A stretch of 60,858 bases of DNA, filler included, from Sphacelaria rigidula (GCA_964200075.2; 9 parts of 9 records of this genome joined end to end with filler, not necessarily neighbours in it), one strand, 5' to 3'. Positions 38,464 to 50,360 are shown, numbered from the whole stretch's first letter. The notes: a model not told the origin generated them from the sequence alone. Made by a program: numbers and translations.

Positions 38464-40038
38464 ATGTCCGGCATTGGCGGGGGCGCGGCTCAAGCAGGCG
38501 GAGATGAAAATCTGGCACCACACGGAGACGGCATAGCTGGGGTGGGGGCCGGTGGACTTCCCATAGCCGGCGGCGGAAGCCAAGCACACCAAGGCGGCGA
38601 GGGGGTGGCAGGGCATAACAATCCACACGCGGCAGCAGCAGCGGCAGTCGACCAACCTCAGGGCGTAGCGCAAGCACCCGTCATGTCGCAGCAGGTGTTC
38701 CAGCAGCACATGCTGGCGGCCGTGGCCCAGTTGACCAATCGCCTGCAGACGGTCGAGAATAACCAGCAGCCGCAGCCGCTACAACTGCCACACGCACCCC
38801 CACAGCAACCACCGCTGCAGATCGGGAACGGGTGGCAACAACCACCACAACCGCATGTTTCAGCAGCTGGCGCGCAAGCGGCGGCACAACGGACCGCAGC
38901 TGAACAGGCGGGTATAAAAGCAAATGCAAAACGTGCCGTCGACTCGTGGCGGGCCACCACTGGGCCTATGTTTTTTCTCCTGAGGGGGGGCTTTGACGTG
39001 AGTGAAGATCTCACTTTCCACCTACAACAGCTCACGCTCAAGAAGGTGGCTTACGTTACGCACGCATCCGCTAACCAGCTTCACACCCTGGCCAATTTCA
39101 AGACAATGGACTTCAAAAAACCGGTGCCACCAGGCTCGACCCCCATGGATATGCCGGCTGATGTGCATTTTCACACGTTTGTCGCGTCCCTGTTCACAGT
39201 TTTGCTTACCCCCATGGAGCACGCTCCCGAATTATGCAAGACACGCACGCGCGCCCTTCAGTCGGAGTTCGAATCAGTAGCTAACCAAGTAAGGGAGTAT
39301 ACAGATTACCACTACACATCACTGTACCCACATAGAACGACGGTCCGCGACAAGCTTCTAACAGCCATGGACACCGGCATAGAGGAGTTCTTCTACCGGG
39401 TGGCACTTCAGGCACAACAGCTCCGCAGGACTTACCCGGCCGTAGTTCCGCCGTCGACGACGGGGGAGCCGGTAGCGGCGCCGGCTTTTACAAAACTTAA
39501 AGCCCTCGTCACCGAGGACGGGCCCAACTGCCTAGTTGAGAAGTCCGCCTTCTGGCAAGCCGGCGAGGCAAGGACAAACAAAAAACGGAAAGCGACATCG
39601 CAGGCAGGCCCCCCAGCTCCCCCATCTTCGAGCATCACCACGCCGGCGGGACCCCCGTCGACCTTCGTTCAACGTAAAGTCCAGTGGCAGACTCCAAAGG
39701 ACGTTTGCGTATACCACTGGCAAAACATACCGTGCACGCGCAACAACTGCAAGTTTTCTCATGATATCGTGTCCCCGCTGGCATCCGGGCAGGCGCAGGT
39801 TACGCCGACGCCGACAGCGCCGGCGCCGGCCCAGACACCACCACCGATCCCGCCCCCGCAGCCTCCGGCAACCCCGGCACAGCAGGCACCATCTCAAGCG
39901 CATCAACTGCCTGCTCACCAGCACCAGCAATCGGCGCCCGCCCCGGCACCGGTAGCACGATATTCACACAACTACGGAGGGCGCGGCGGGGGAAGGGGGG
40001 GTAGCGCCGCTGGCGGGAGAGGAAACGGGAGCGGATGA
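38464..40038 (+). CDS. Intact 524-aa Gag/ORF1-like protein of a retroelement (DIRS/Ngaro-like or other), with CCCH zinc finger and RGG tail
   Basis: Longest ORF in the window and intronless; low-complexity G/A/Q/P ends, helical core, KKRK, C-x8-C-x4-C-x3-H at 39706-39762, GGRGGGRGG C-terminus; class assignment is inference. Confidence 0.65.
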   Translation: MSGIGGGAAQAGGDENLAPHGDGIAGVGAGGLPIAGGGSQAHQGGEGVAGHNNPHAAAAAAVDQPQGVAQAPVMSQQVFQQHMLAAVAQLTNRLQTVENNQQPQPLQLPHAPPQQPPLQIGNGWQQPPQPHVSAAGAQAAAQRTAAEQAGIKANAKRAVDSWRATTGPMFFLLRGGFDVSEDLTFHLQQLTLKKVAYVTHASANQLHTLANFKTMDFKKPVPPGSTPMDMPADVHFHTFVASLFTVLLTPMEHAPELCKTRTRALQSEFESVANQVREYTDYHYTSLYPHRTTVRDKLLTAMDTGIEEFFYRVALQAQQLRRTYPAVVPPSTTGEPVAAPAFTKLKALVTEDGPNCLVEKSAFWQAGEARTNKKRKATSQAGPPAPPSSSITTPAGPPSTFVQRKVQWQTPKDVCVYHWQNIPCTRNNCKFSHDIVSPLASGQAQVTPTPTAPAPAQTPPPIPPPQPPATPAQQAPSQAHQLPAHQHQQSAPAPAPVARYSHNYGGRGGGRGGSAAGGRGNGSG

Positions 40039-40067
40039 GGGCGCGGGCTCTGCCCACCGGCAGGGCC
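40036..40067 (+). promoter_or_regulatory. Candidate stop-codon readthrough signal: UGA + 7-nt spacer + 9-bp hairpin
   Basis: TGA GGGCGCG GGCTCTGCC-CACC-GGCAGGGCC (8 Watson-Crick pairs + 1 G:U); the same frame stays open to the contig end. Confidence 0.4.
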
Positions 40068-40541
40068 GACATTGACAGGAGAAGCGGGTAGCGACGTAAA
40101 CACGATGTTTGCGGACGCCTCTAGGTCTGTGGGGCTTATCGGGGCACCTTCACCTGGGTCGGTCCCAGCGACCGTGTTTCAAGGTGAGAGATGTAGAGAG
40201 CAGACAGAGATAGCGGTGCCTTGCGACTGGGTTTGCGAACACAGGGGGAACCAGGGTTACGAAAAAAACGGGGTATCAGTGTGCCCTCGGCAGTTTGTCA
40301 CGTCAGTTCACTCAGGACAAGATCGCGTAACCCACCAGATAGTAAAAACCCATTCAATGCCGCTCCCACAGGCGGTCGGCGTCGCGCCGCCAACAACAGT
40401 AACCCCTGGTACAGTAGAACAAGACACGCCAGTTTTGCATGCAGCAGGGACCAGTTACGCCATTCACGAACATGGGGCCAGTTACCCCTTCAGTGACCGT
40501 GGGGCCAGTTACCCTTTCAGTGACCGTGGGGCCAGTTACCC
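40039..40541 (+). CDS. In-frame continuation after the Gag-like stop (>160 codons, truncated by contig end); possible ORF2 leader
   Basis: ORF 40072 is in frame with 38464 (offset 1608 nt); the two other plus frames close within ~60 nt of the stop. Confidence 0.45.
40447..40541 (+). repeat. 27-bp in-frame tandem repeat (GASYPFSDR), >=3.5 copies
   Basis: Units at 40447, 40474, 40501, 40528: GGGGCCAGTTACCC(C/T)TTCAGTGACCGT (first unit diverged). Confidence 0.95.
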
Positions 40542-40641
40542 NNNNNNNNNNNNNNNNNNNNNNNNNNNNNNNNNNNNNNNNNNNNTTAATTAATTAANNN
40601 NNNNNNNNNNNNNNNNNNNNNNNNNNNNNNNNNNNNNNNNN

Positions 40642-41441
40642 TTTTGTTGGAACAGAGACGGCCGGTGTCTGAATGGGTTGATGTTTTGCCAGCCGCTCAG
40701 TGGGCGTTGAATACTTCTTTTCGTGAAACCTACCGTAACACTCCGTATTGTGTGATGTTTGGGCGTGCGCCGCGTACAGCATTTTCTGCACTGGTTTCTG
40801 TCACTGGCGACGAGTGCAACGTCGATGTCATGGATGCTGATTCGTTGCGTGACAAGGTTCGAGGCGTGGTTGGCGAGCAAGTGCCGGTTTGTAACGAAGA
40901 GCAAGCTGCTGTCGCGGTGTCTCGCGAAACCAAACGCAAGCTTGCTCAGGGCCAGGCGGTGTTGCCCAAGTTTGCAGTTGGCGATTTCGTCTTGTATGCC
41001 CGTGTTCGTAGGCAAGGTGTGACGCTCAAGTTGATGCCCACATGGACAGGTCCGTGGCGAGTGGTTGGAGCCGATCACGCTCACGTGTATTCGGTGTAGA
41101 ACATTGTTTCTGGCGCCGTGCACTTGGCCCATGTCGCTCGTTTGTGTTTCAATGCTGACCCGCAGTTGCACATCACTGCGGAACTAGACTATGTACATCA
41201 TCATTCGTATGCTCAAAGTGAATGTCGGATGAATGCTTTGGTGCACGTCGTTGAGGATGACAATGGTGATGCCATTGTTTTGGTCGATTGGGAAGGGTTC
41301 GGTGCTGAACATTGTACGTGGGAGTCTCTTCGCAAGATTCATTTTTATGCGCCTGAATTTGTTTCAAAGGAACTGCGTAAAGTGCGGTTGGCTCGGGCGC
41401 TGACAAGTAAGTTATCGTCGGAGCATGGTATCTCTTTGTGA
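40642..41441 (+). mobile_element. Ty3/gypsy pol C-terminus: integrase core end, GPY/F module and chromodomain; pseudogenised
   Basis: WVDVLPAAQWALNTS...TPYCVMFGRAPRT; FAVGDFVLY...KLMPTWTGPWRVV; VLVDWEGFGAEHCTWESL; one in-frame TAG at 41097-41099. Confidence 0.92.
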
Positions 41442-42926
41442 TCTGGCGCACACAAATTCGCCTCGGTTTTTGCTGATTGTCAACCTCGTTCGTTTGTCTG
41501 GAACTCGCTTTGAGGGTGCTGTAGCCAAATGATACCCAGTCGTAGGTTTCAGTATAACGCACGCATGATTGAAGCAGTGGAAGGGGATAGGGGATCCTGG
41601 ATTGATGGCCCTTATCTGTCTGACCTTGCTGCTGGCCCATGATGCGATCTGTTTTTGGATCACTCCGCAATAATAACAAGTTAGAAGAAAGGACTTGTCG
41701 AGCACTAGGCCAGTGCTACTGGAGGAGTCACTCGTTGACAGTTGTCTTGTCAAGATCGTCTGACAGAGGCTATAGTCTGCATCATCACGAGACTGTCGGG
41801 GCCTGGGAATGTGGCAGCGGATTTCCCATATCAGCTGCGGATCTCCGGGGTGTTTCACAGATGATTATGTAGCATTCCACGCTTGTATCTCTACACAAAA
41901 AGCAACACGGTTCAACCCGGTGGCCAGGCGCCCCCGACGTCCATACAGTTCAAACGCGCTGCTCGTCACTTCGCTGACTTGCGTAACGAGACTGGCGCAT
42001 TTTGCCCATATACGGTACACGCTCTTGGAATAGCTCGTGTTCTGTAGCACTATCCCGAAGACAGGCTGCCTACTGTCGCAACACCTGTGGTTGTGAGACC
42101 ACTTGCTACAGCTCAATTTAAGAATCGATACGACAGGTGGTTGATTGGGCTTCATTCGGCCAAGACAAACGAGAACGCACGGTTTCTTCTCAAAGCAGAG
42201 AACTGAAGATGGTGAGGGAGAGTGGTTGCGTGTGCATGGTCGAGTTGATCAAAGCTCAGCGCATTCAAATTATTGGAACAAAAACCAAACTCTACACGCA
42301 CGTGAGTGTAAAACGCATCCTCAACACTGACGTGTTGGTGTCATGAAGCTAGGAGGCGTCTATGATCAAATCTGGGGTTCTACAGTTGCGGGTCTAATTG
42401 AGCTTGACTAGTCCGGATGTGAGACTGATAAAAAGGTACAGGCATGAGTCCTTCAGCCCTCTTGCGGTACTCGCCCGGGTGGAGCCGATTGTTGAGCCAT
42501 TGCTATAGCCGGAGAGCAGCTGAGAGAGCATTGAAAGAAGCGATAACGAATACGAGTGAACGAGAGTCTTTCGTATCAAGTGGATATAGCTTACTGCGTG
42601 AAGCTATTGTGGTGTTAGCTGATTTGAACACATCTATAACCCGATCCCTTGTGAGGACAGAGCTGCCCGTGTTGGCCTTGGAAGTATCTGACCTCTGATC
42701 CGACCGGCCTGCACCAAGAGGGTGCATCCCGCCAAACACTATAACATTGGTTTGCCACCTCACAGACTGGATTCTTCCTCAACCTACGTGAATACAGTAT
42801 GATTCTCACGAACGATGGCAACACACTGTCGTATCCTACGAGCTTGCGTGACTAAGCTTGAAAGATATCGAACATCAAGGATCCACATCGAGCGGTCCTT
42901 GTACCTAGGGTCATTGTTGGTAGGAT

Positions 42927-43024
42927 TTTACTCATTATGCTAGCACGGTTTTACTTAATAGCGACCCGACATTATTTTCAAGATAAACGAAGTCTTCAAA
43001 ACCGTGCTAGCATAATAAGTGAAA
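42927..43024. repeat. Small inverted repeat / mini-MITE
   Basis: TTTACTCATTATGCTAGCACGGTTTT vs AAAACCGTGCTAGCATAATAAGTGAAA. Confidence 0.7.
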
Positions 43025-44360
43025 GCTTAAATTGTTGGGGTTGGGACCCTTTTTGAGGTGAAACCTATTATGCCGCTCATTTGCTACGGAGTTAGAAATC
43101 CAGACAGAAACGGACAGCTAGATTACTGGCGGTATGAACTTTTAACACACGCCATGTGACTCTCAGAAAACCAATACTTTCGCGGCGGTCAGAATGAAAC
43201 AACCAATAGCTTGCCGTGTTTGAAAACTCACACTATCCAGGCTCTGCGTGCCCGGCCCGTTTTGGTGTACGAAGAAGCCACGACATTCTAACGTACTCAC
43301 CCGACCCTTTCATGAACGGGACGATGGACGAATTCTGCTACTATTGTATCAATACGGAAGTATTGGGCACTGCCCTGCAAGGACCGACCGTAGCGACGAG
43401 TGATGTCACATGCTGTTGCCACACTCAGTCTGTCAGAACGGCGCTTGTTATGGTAATGGCATTTGCTTTGCCTAGACAAGCTTCTTGAGTGTAAGGTGTA
43501 TCCACGGGCACGTTGTTCCTCCACATTACAAGACGTTGTTTATGCCGCGTGAGCGGACGCCGCTATCCGACCAGTTTTAGCAGCATCGAGTTTCCATGCA
43601 CGATACGAGCAGGGCCAGCCCAGTACGGCATCTTCAGGTTGAAGGCTTTTAGAATATTGCTGATCTGAGTCCTAGTGCACATGAACATGAAATCATTCGG
43701 GTATATTACGTTGCAGGCTGACGGTGTACCCGATATGCGGGGCGGAACGCACCGCCTCCTATGTGGCACATCTAGTCATTACACAATATCTACCTCATGA
43801 TTGGAGCAATGCTACGGTAGGAGTTGCACTTTTTGTTTTTGGATCTCTTTTTCTAGGAACCCAAACATATGGGGATTACTATGCAACCCAAATATCTAGA
43901 AACCGGACTCCCAGAAACATGGTGTCTGCACGCAGGGGCCTTTTCGTGAATCGGCATCAGTTTCAGTCTTTTTCAAGTAAACATGATGCCGATTCTCGAA
44001 ATGAATCGTCCAACACCCCGATCAGCGCCAACAAACCTTTTCGCTAAAAAGGTGCAACCCTTAGCGTGGCATTGCTCCAATCACGAGGTCGATATTGTGT
44101 TATGACTGGATGTGCCACATAGGAGGCGATGCGTTCCAAACGCCCCGACCGCCCCACTTCTGTATAGCTTGTACCTTCATATCAGCATACTACATACTTG
44201 GGGTTTGGACGCAGCTCGTTGACCTTGCACGGTTGATGTTGGGTGAGTCAAGGGTAAACGACGTGAATACAAGAATAGTAATTACACATTCTCCTCTGTT
44301 TCAGAGCACCTACTTTGAGAGGCTTTCACTACGCTAGCTACACGAGAGCATGGCGGGGCA

Positions 44361-44626
44361 TGTTTGAGGAAAACTGATTTCAGTCAGTAAGTAGGGGGAA
44401 GTTTGAGGGTGATTCACCCGTTGAGCGTCTAGTGCAGTCAAGCATATAAGGAGGAGCATTCGAGCAAAACAGCAGCAGAACTTGAGCGTTGAGCGCAGAG
44501 CACAGCAGCATCAGAGCCTGAGGGTTGATTGCAGTCAAACAATGTTGAGGTGAACGGCCTTTTCAGTGTAGTCTACAGCATTGATCAGCCACGGTACAGA
44601 GGTATCCGTCTTCACGGGTTGTGACA
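44361..44626 (+). repeat. Putative 5' LTR of the downstream copia relic
   Basis: TGTT...GACA boundaries, CATATAAG box, located ~260 bp upstream of a gag-like start; no second copy seen. Confidence 0.3.
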
Positions 44627-44886
44627 GTTACATGCGGTGGGATTTGATACAATAGTAGGCGTATGTCTTGTACCTACGTACGCAATATTTGCTTGTCACG
44701 GTATTGGGGTAGCCACACCCATCCACTTCCTTTTCTTCTTTCTTTTCCTTCCTTGACTTGCTTAGTCAAGCTACGTAATACTTCTCTTCTACAACAACAT
44801 GATCGGCTCAGCCGTGTCCTTTGATCGACTTCATCGGTCGTGTCTAGCTGTCCCTGTTTACGGATCACGTATCAAGGAACAAACAA

Positions 44887-45830
44887 TGGCTACCACAAAC
44901 GAAGTAAGCACTGAAGAAAGGTTGGTAGAGAAGTTGCGGCTCATAGAAGTAGAGCAGGCAGAAATAGTACAGGCCGCGACGCAAAAAGCAAAACGTGATG
45001 CAATTGCAGAGTATGAAAGAGAGAAAACTGGCATTTTGATAAGAATACTGGACCACAGGGCAACCCTGTGCACACTTACACAACAGAAAACAGAGATCGT
45101 TTGAGCAGCCCACGGGTTTTCCCCCAAACTACGCAAGATGATTGCATAGTAGGGCAACGACTCCACGCGAACATCGTACGAGTACGTAACAACAACAGTA
45201 TTCACCCTTGGAACGGATCGTTAAAGGCAGGGGAGAGCCTTGAATCAAAGTTTCGGGTGTTCCATGTACAGAGGTGCGGATACCTTCTCCAACAGAGGTG
45301 TTCTGAATATATTTTTTCACAGGTCCCTATTCGTGTGTTTCATGAGATGACGGATGGACTGAGGAGACAGCATGGGTATGAGGCAGAAAATAAGGCTCAA
45401 CGAGCTTGAGACATTATCTTAAAAAACATCACGGCGCCTTAGAGAGTGGAGAATTTGTCGATCCTTGGTTCACCTAGCGAAGCGTGGGACTATATTGTTT
45501 AGTACTATAGCGTTCCCCCCATATTGAGACAGGTCGCCAAGAACAAGAGTGGACTAGTCTGGAGATGGGGTTGGGAGAATCACCCCTAGAGTTTTTAAGC
45601 AGGGCAAACCTGATGAGGCACAGGAGACATCAGTATGGTAGTGTGGATTCTGAGTTAGACACTAACAGGCACTATGCGCGCCGACTGCCATCTGAGTATG
45701 AGATCCAGCGAGGTATCCTTCTTGCGATGCCCAAAATAGGCACTGAAATTTTTCAACGTACAATAACAACCGCACATGCTGCGTTGGAATTATCTAGGAG
45801 CAGGGTAGGATCGCCGAAAACCATGCTCTT
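44887..45830 (+). mobile_element. Decayed Ty1/copia gag
   Basis: GSPSEAWDYI...EQEWTSLEMGLGESPLEFLSRANLMR...G...ELDTNRHYARRLPSEYEIQRGILL resembles the copia gag (UBN2-type) core; stops and frameshifts; no pol follows. Confidence 0.7.
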
Positions 45831-47243
45831 GCCACTGCAGCTCACGGAGTTTTTCACAGTGACGCATCGGTTGGACGACGGAACAACAGCGGTAATTAAA
45901 TATTGCCTACCTAAACACTAGGGCATGTATACGTGGATAAACTCGGATACATGCGGGGTAGATTGATGACATACCATGGGTACCGGATATCGTCTGCGGT
46001 AACAGATTGTTTTATGACTGAATGTCAGGCATATGAGGGAACCCAGAGTGCGGTCTTACCTTCCCGGATTATGCCCGCATCCCTCGGCGATGCGGCGAGC
46101 GATGAGCTCACCTCGACATATCAGATCTTAGCGGGTGTCAGTGATGCTCGCCTGTAGAGGTGTGGGAGAGTATATAGTTATTTTTTCTTCGCTTTATGTT
46201 TTTGTACGAGTGTAGTGCGGAAGAGCCCTTTTTCGTTGAATTTTGAAATTCCTCAGCGCAATTACATTGTGCCGAAGTGATGATGATTCAACTGCATGAG
46301 GACTCGTCTAGGGTGAGCTAGTGTGATGAAGCTCAGTGGCATCGCAAGATATCACGATGTGCGGGTCTGCTCGTAGACCCTAGGTTCCGTGGTGCGTTGA
46401 TACCGTGTTTGCTACTGCCATTAGTTAGGATTGTTTGGGCGCGGCCAGATGTCACCCCGAATCACCTCGATCAGTGGCTGGCTTTGCCTCGGTCGCCGAC
46501 CTAGCTCAGCTACTCTGGCGCCATCGCTACGCTATGCTCCTGTGGCTGCGCCCCGGCTAGTGAGAGAGCTGCTTCTAAATGTAATATGATGCCATTAACA
46601 CGTGATTTCCCCATCAGCAGTTTACATATAGATGGACCTACGTGTGATTGTGCTTGATGAAAAGTTAAAGGTCGTATGGTGTGCTCACGTGAGAGCTTGG
46701 TTTTGTTGGAACCAATGCTATCTCCTGGCACTCGTACTGAGAGACCCCAGCCAATGCATTAGCTACTACATCATTATGACAATCAGCGACCGAGATACGT
46801 GGTAGGGTCGGCATTTGATTTGCGCACGCGCTCATGGACAGTGCAGGCAGTACAAAGCTGCACGTTGTACAGGATGTTTTCACGTCAAATTGTCAGCAGA
46901 GAGAACCGATAGGTAGTCCAGCGCTGGCTGTGCTGGTCGTTGCCTGCTTCTCTTTCGAATACTACTATGCGAAAGATATACACACTGCATGCAAACAGTG
47001 CAGAAAGTACAGACCGGGTGTACCTGTACATAAGGGATTACGTAGCGTTTTACAAATCCCGCTATTTTGTTTCGATCAAAAGCTTGAAAATTGCCTGGAC
47101 CCAACTCGACAACGGTGAGAGAGTTTCGCTCAAATCAATTCCCCCCCGCTCCCTTCTTGCTCCTCGAACAAGTATGTGCCAAGACACCCTTTAAGTTATA
47201 TAAAATATTTAACATTTCTACCTCTCCAGAGTCATCCTACGAT

Positions 47244-47314
47244 AGGGGGGGGGGGGCGTGCTCATTTGTTGCTTGCCTTAGTCGTTTGACCATTAACCAC
47301 GCATCCCTTTCGAG
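47244..47314 (+). repeat. Repeat family B monomer 2 at contig end
   Basis: (G)n CGTGCTCATTTGTTGCTTGCCTTAGTCGTTTGACCATTAACCACGCATCCCTTTCGAG. Confidence 0.85.
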
Positions 47315-47414
47315 NNNNNNNNNNNNNNNNNNNNNNNNNNNNNNNNNNNNNNNNNNNNTTAATTAATTAANNNNNNNNNNNNNNNNNNNNNNNNNNNNNN
47401 NNNNNNNNNNNNNN

Positions 47415-47468
47415 AAGGTCTATGGTCTGATGAATATAGCATGCATGATCATGAGTACACCCCCCCCC
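47415..47468 (-). repeat. Repeat family B monomer 1 at contig start
   Basis: Near-identical to 27102-27154. Confidence 0.8.
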
Positions 47469-48914
47469 TCCGTCCATTTATCACGGAGTTGTTAGATCCT
47501 TGACACCGACAGCGTGGAGGCTTTCCGTAGACGCCTGGCAAATCCACACGACCCCCTATCCTACAGCCAGGCGAAAGCCTCGCGTACCGCCGACGGAATC
47601 TATCCATCCCCGATCCACAGGGCGGGGCATGCCGCGACGAAACAGTCCCGCCAAGGTATCTGCACCATCCGCCCATGTGCTCCGAGCAAATTCCTTGGCC
47701 TGAAGGTCGCCTGCACAGGGAGTCAAGGGTTAGAGGTGACGGGCGCGGCACGGACACGGCGAGCGCAATGAAATATTGAAAACACAGAGAAAACAGCGCG
47801 AGTATCGTGTGCATCGCCGAAGGAGTGGCGCGGATGCAGTGTGCATCACAGCGGCGCACGCACAACGTGCGCCGGCCACGGCATCCTGTCGCCGGAATGG
47901 CAGGCATGAACAGAATTTGGTGTGGGAGATGGGCGCTGAAGTACGGAGGCATGATGTAGTGTTCATGCCATAGCACAGAAACGGCGAAAACGAGATAATA
48001 TGTGAATGCGAACCCGCGGTTCGACAGAAAACTACTCGTATCGTAGCACAATACTGCTGCCGCGCCCTGCTGGTGTCATGGGACTATTATATCACCAGTT
48101 GGATGGACGAAATGTGGATTCCATCCCCCAAGGTTTGTCTTCTTTACTTTGCGCATGTGAGCTCCCAACTTCATTCCGATATCAGTTGTTTCGACAAAAA
48201 CATGGCCCGATCGCGCAGCTCTATTAAAAGATACGCGTCCTTTCGCATGCCATGGCAGTACTGCACACGGGTATTAAGAGCTCTCACTAGGGCTTTCGAC
48301 AGAAAACACATGTAGAAAACGCCGCAATCACCAAACCGTTGAAATCATTCTATTTCGTAATTTCCGCACCGCGTTCGAGCACAGGGTCGACGCACTTGGT
48401 GGCCGTCTCGACATCGAGAACACGTTTTGACGGAGGCGTCTATGGCGGTTTGCGCACCGACGGCATAATGTGCTGAGTGAGTGTCTTGCAAAAAAAAGCG
48501 ATGGCAAGTAAGTTTAGCGAAATTCGATCTTATAACTCGATTTGAGTCGAAGCGAATTTTCAAGCTTTCTATCGGAAAAGGACGGTGAAATTCGTGAAGC
48601 GCTATATGGTCGTTTGTGAACATTACAGACAGTCCGTACTGTCTGCGCTGTTTGAATGCAGTGTATATTGAGTTCGTGTCTGCATGTTTCGTGCAGCAGG
48701 ATGTGAGAGAGGAGCGGGCAACATGCAGAACCTCCACGGCAGCACCATCTGTTCTCTCTGCCCACAATGCGACGTGAAAAGGACTCGGATAACGCGCAGC
48801 TTTGCACATGCATTGTGTCCATGACCGCGTCCGCGAGGGGTTGGCCACCTTGCCACGCCGTTCTAACCTTGGTCCCTACGATGAAATAAGATGGCCGAGT
48901 TTCCACACGTCGGA

Positions 48915-50360
48915 CGAACACGAGTATGAATCGTGGCTTGCACTCGTTGGACTGCTAGTGGTGAGAAAAAGTATTGGGGTGAGTACTAGAATAATTACTC
49001 GTGGTGAAAAAAAATGAACAGGGCTAGTACTCGAGTCATTGGTCGTTGTGGGAATACATAAACAGGGCGAGTACTCGAATCATCGCTCGTGGTGACAAAA
49101 AATTATACGTCGGACTAGTCATTAGTCGTCGAAACGACTGCACTCGTGGATATATTTTAAAACACAACGGGCATGACTCGTGTGCTCGAGTCATCGTATC
49201 TTTTTACAACGAGCAGCGACTCGTGTGCTCGAGTCATTCAGTTTTTTTCACAACCAGCAATGACTCGTGTGCTCGACTCACTCAGTTTTTTCACAACCAG
49301 CAATGACTCGTGTGCTCGACTCACCCAGTTTTTTCACAACCAGCAACGACTCGTGTGCTCGAGTCATTCACTTTTTTTCACAACCAGCAATGACTCGTGT
49401 GCTCGAGTCATGCAGTTTGTTCACAACGATCAATGACTCGTATGCTTGAGTCACGAGTTTTTTTCCAACGAGCAACGACTCGTGTGCTCGAGTCATTACT
49501 TTTTCACAACGAGCAGTGACTCGTGTGCTCGAGTCATATTCATTTTTTCTTCACAATGAGCAATGACTCGTGTGCTCGAGTCATTTTTTTCAAGAACGAG
49601 CAGTTACTCGTGTACTCGAGTCATTATTTTTTTTACAGCGAGCAATGACTCGAGTGCTCGCCCTGAAAAAAATGCAATTGTACTACTCGAGAGATATTCT
49701 CCGCTGCTTTGGTAAAACTCTAATCAGTATGTGTGTGGGGGTGCTTGGATCAACTGGAAACGAACTTTGAAGGTTGACGCTTGCACATGTGCAGACATGC
49801 ATATTAACTTCAAGATTCTGGGTTCAAGATCGTCGAAGGGCTCATTACAGTTACTTGCTCGTCGGATTGCTGGCTACTCCACTCAAGTCGTTCATCATGA
49901 ATAATGACTCGAGTGCTCGCCCTATTATTTTTTTTCACAGCGAGCAATGACTCGAGTACTCACCTTATCAATTTTACTCGCCAACGAGCAGCCCAACGAG
50001 TGTGAGTGCCACGAGTCATACTCGTGCTCGTGCGGCGTGTGAAAAAAAACGTAGGGCGAATACTCGATTCGTTGCTCGTGGTGGCAAAAATTAGTAGGGC
50101 GAGTACTCGAGTCATTGCTCGTAGTGGCAAAAATCAATAGGGCGAGCGCTCGAGTCATTGCTCGTGGCGGAGAAAATTCATAGGTCTAGCACTCGAGTAA
50201 TTAATTGTTCGTGGTGGAAAAGATCATGACTCCAATACAGGAGTTGTCGGTCTTGGTGAAGACAAATAAATAACTCGAGCACACGAGCCGTGCTCGTGGT
50301 GTTTTAAAGAAACATTAACGAGTGCACTCGTTTCGACGAGTAATGACTCGTCCGACATGT
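48915..50360. repeat. Foldback-like complex of ~41-45-bp units built on the quasi-palindrome AATGACTCG(T/A)GT(G/A)CTCGAGTCATT
   Basis: About 11 tandem units at 49170-49665; inverted blocks 48918-49045 vs 49903-50025 and 49105-49195 vs 50270-50358. Confidence 0.85.

Noticed and set aside
38464..41441. One gag-pol-integrase retrotransposon spanning the gap
   Set aside because: The 100-bp linker joins length-sorted contigs, so linkage is unsupported; the integrase is also more decayed than the Gag-like ORF.
49170..49665. CRISPR-like regularly spaced palindromic repeats
   Set aside because: Intervening sequences are short, similar T-tracts rather than unique spacers; there are no cas genes and the context is eukaryotic.
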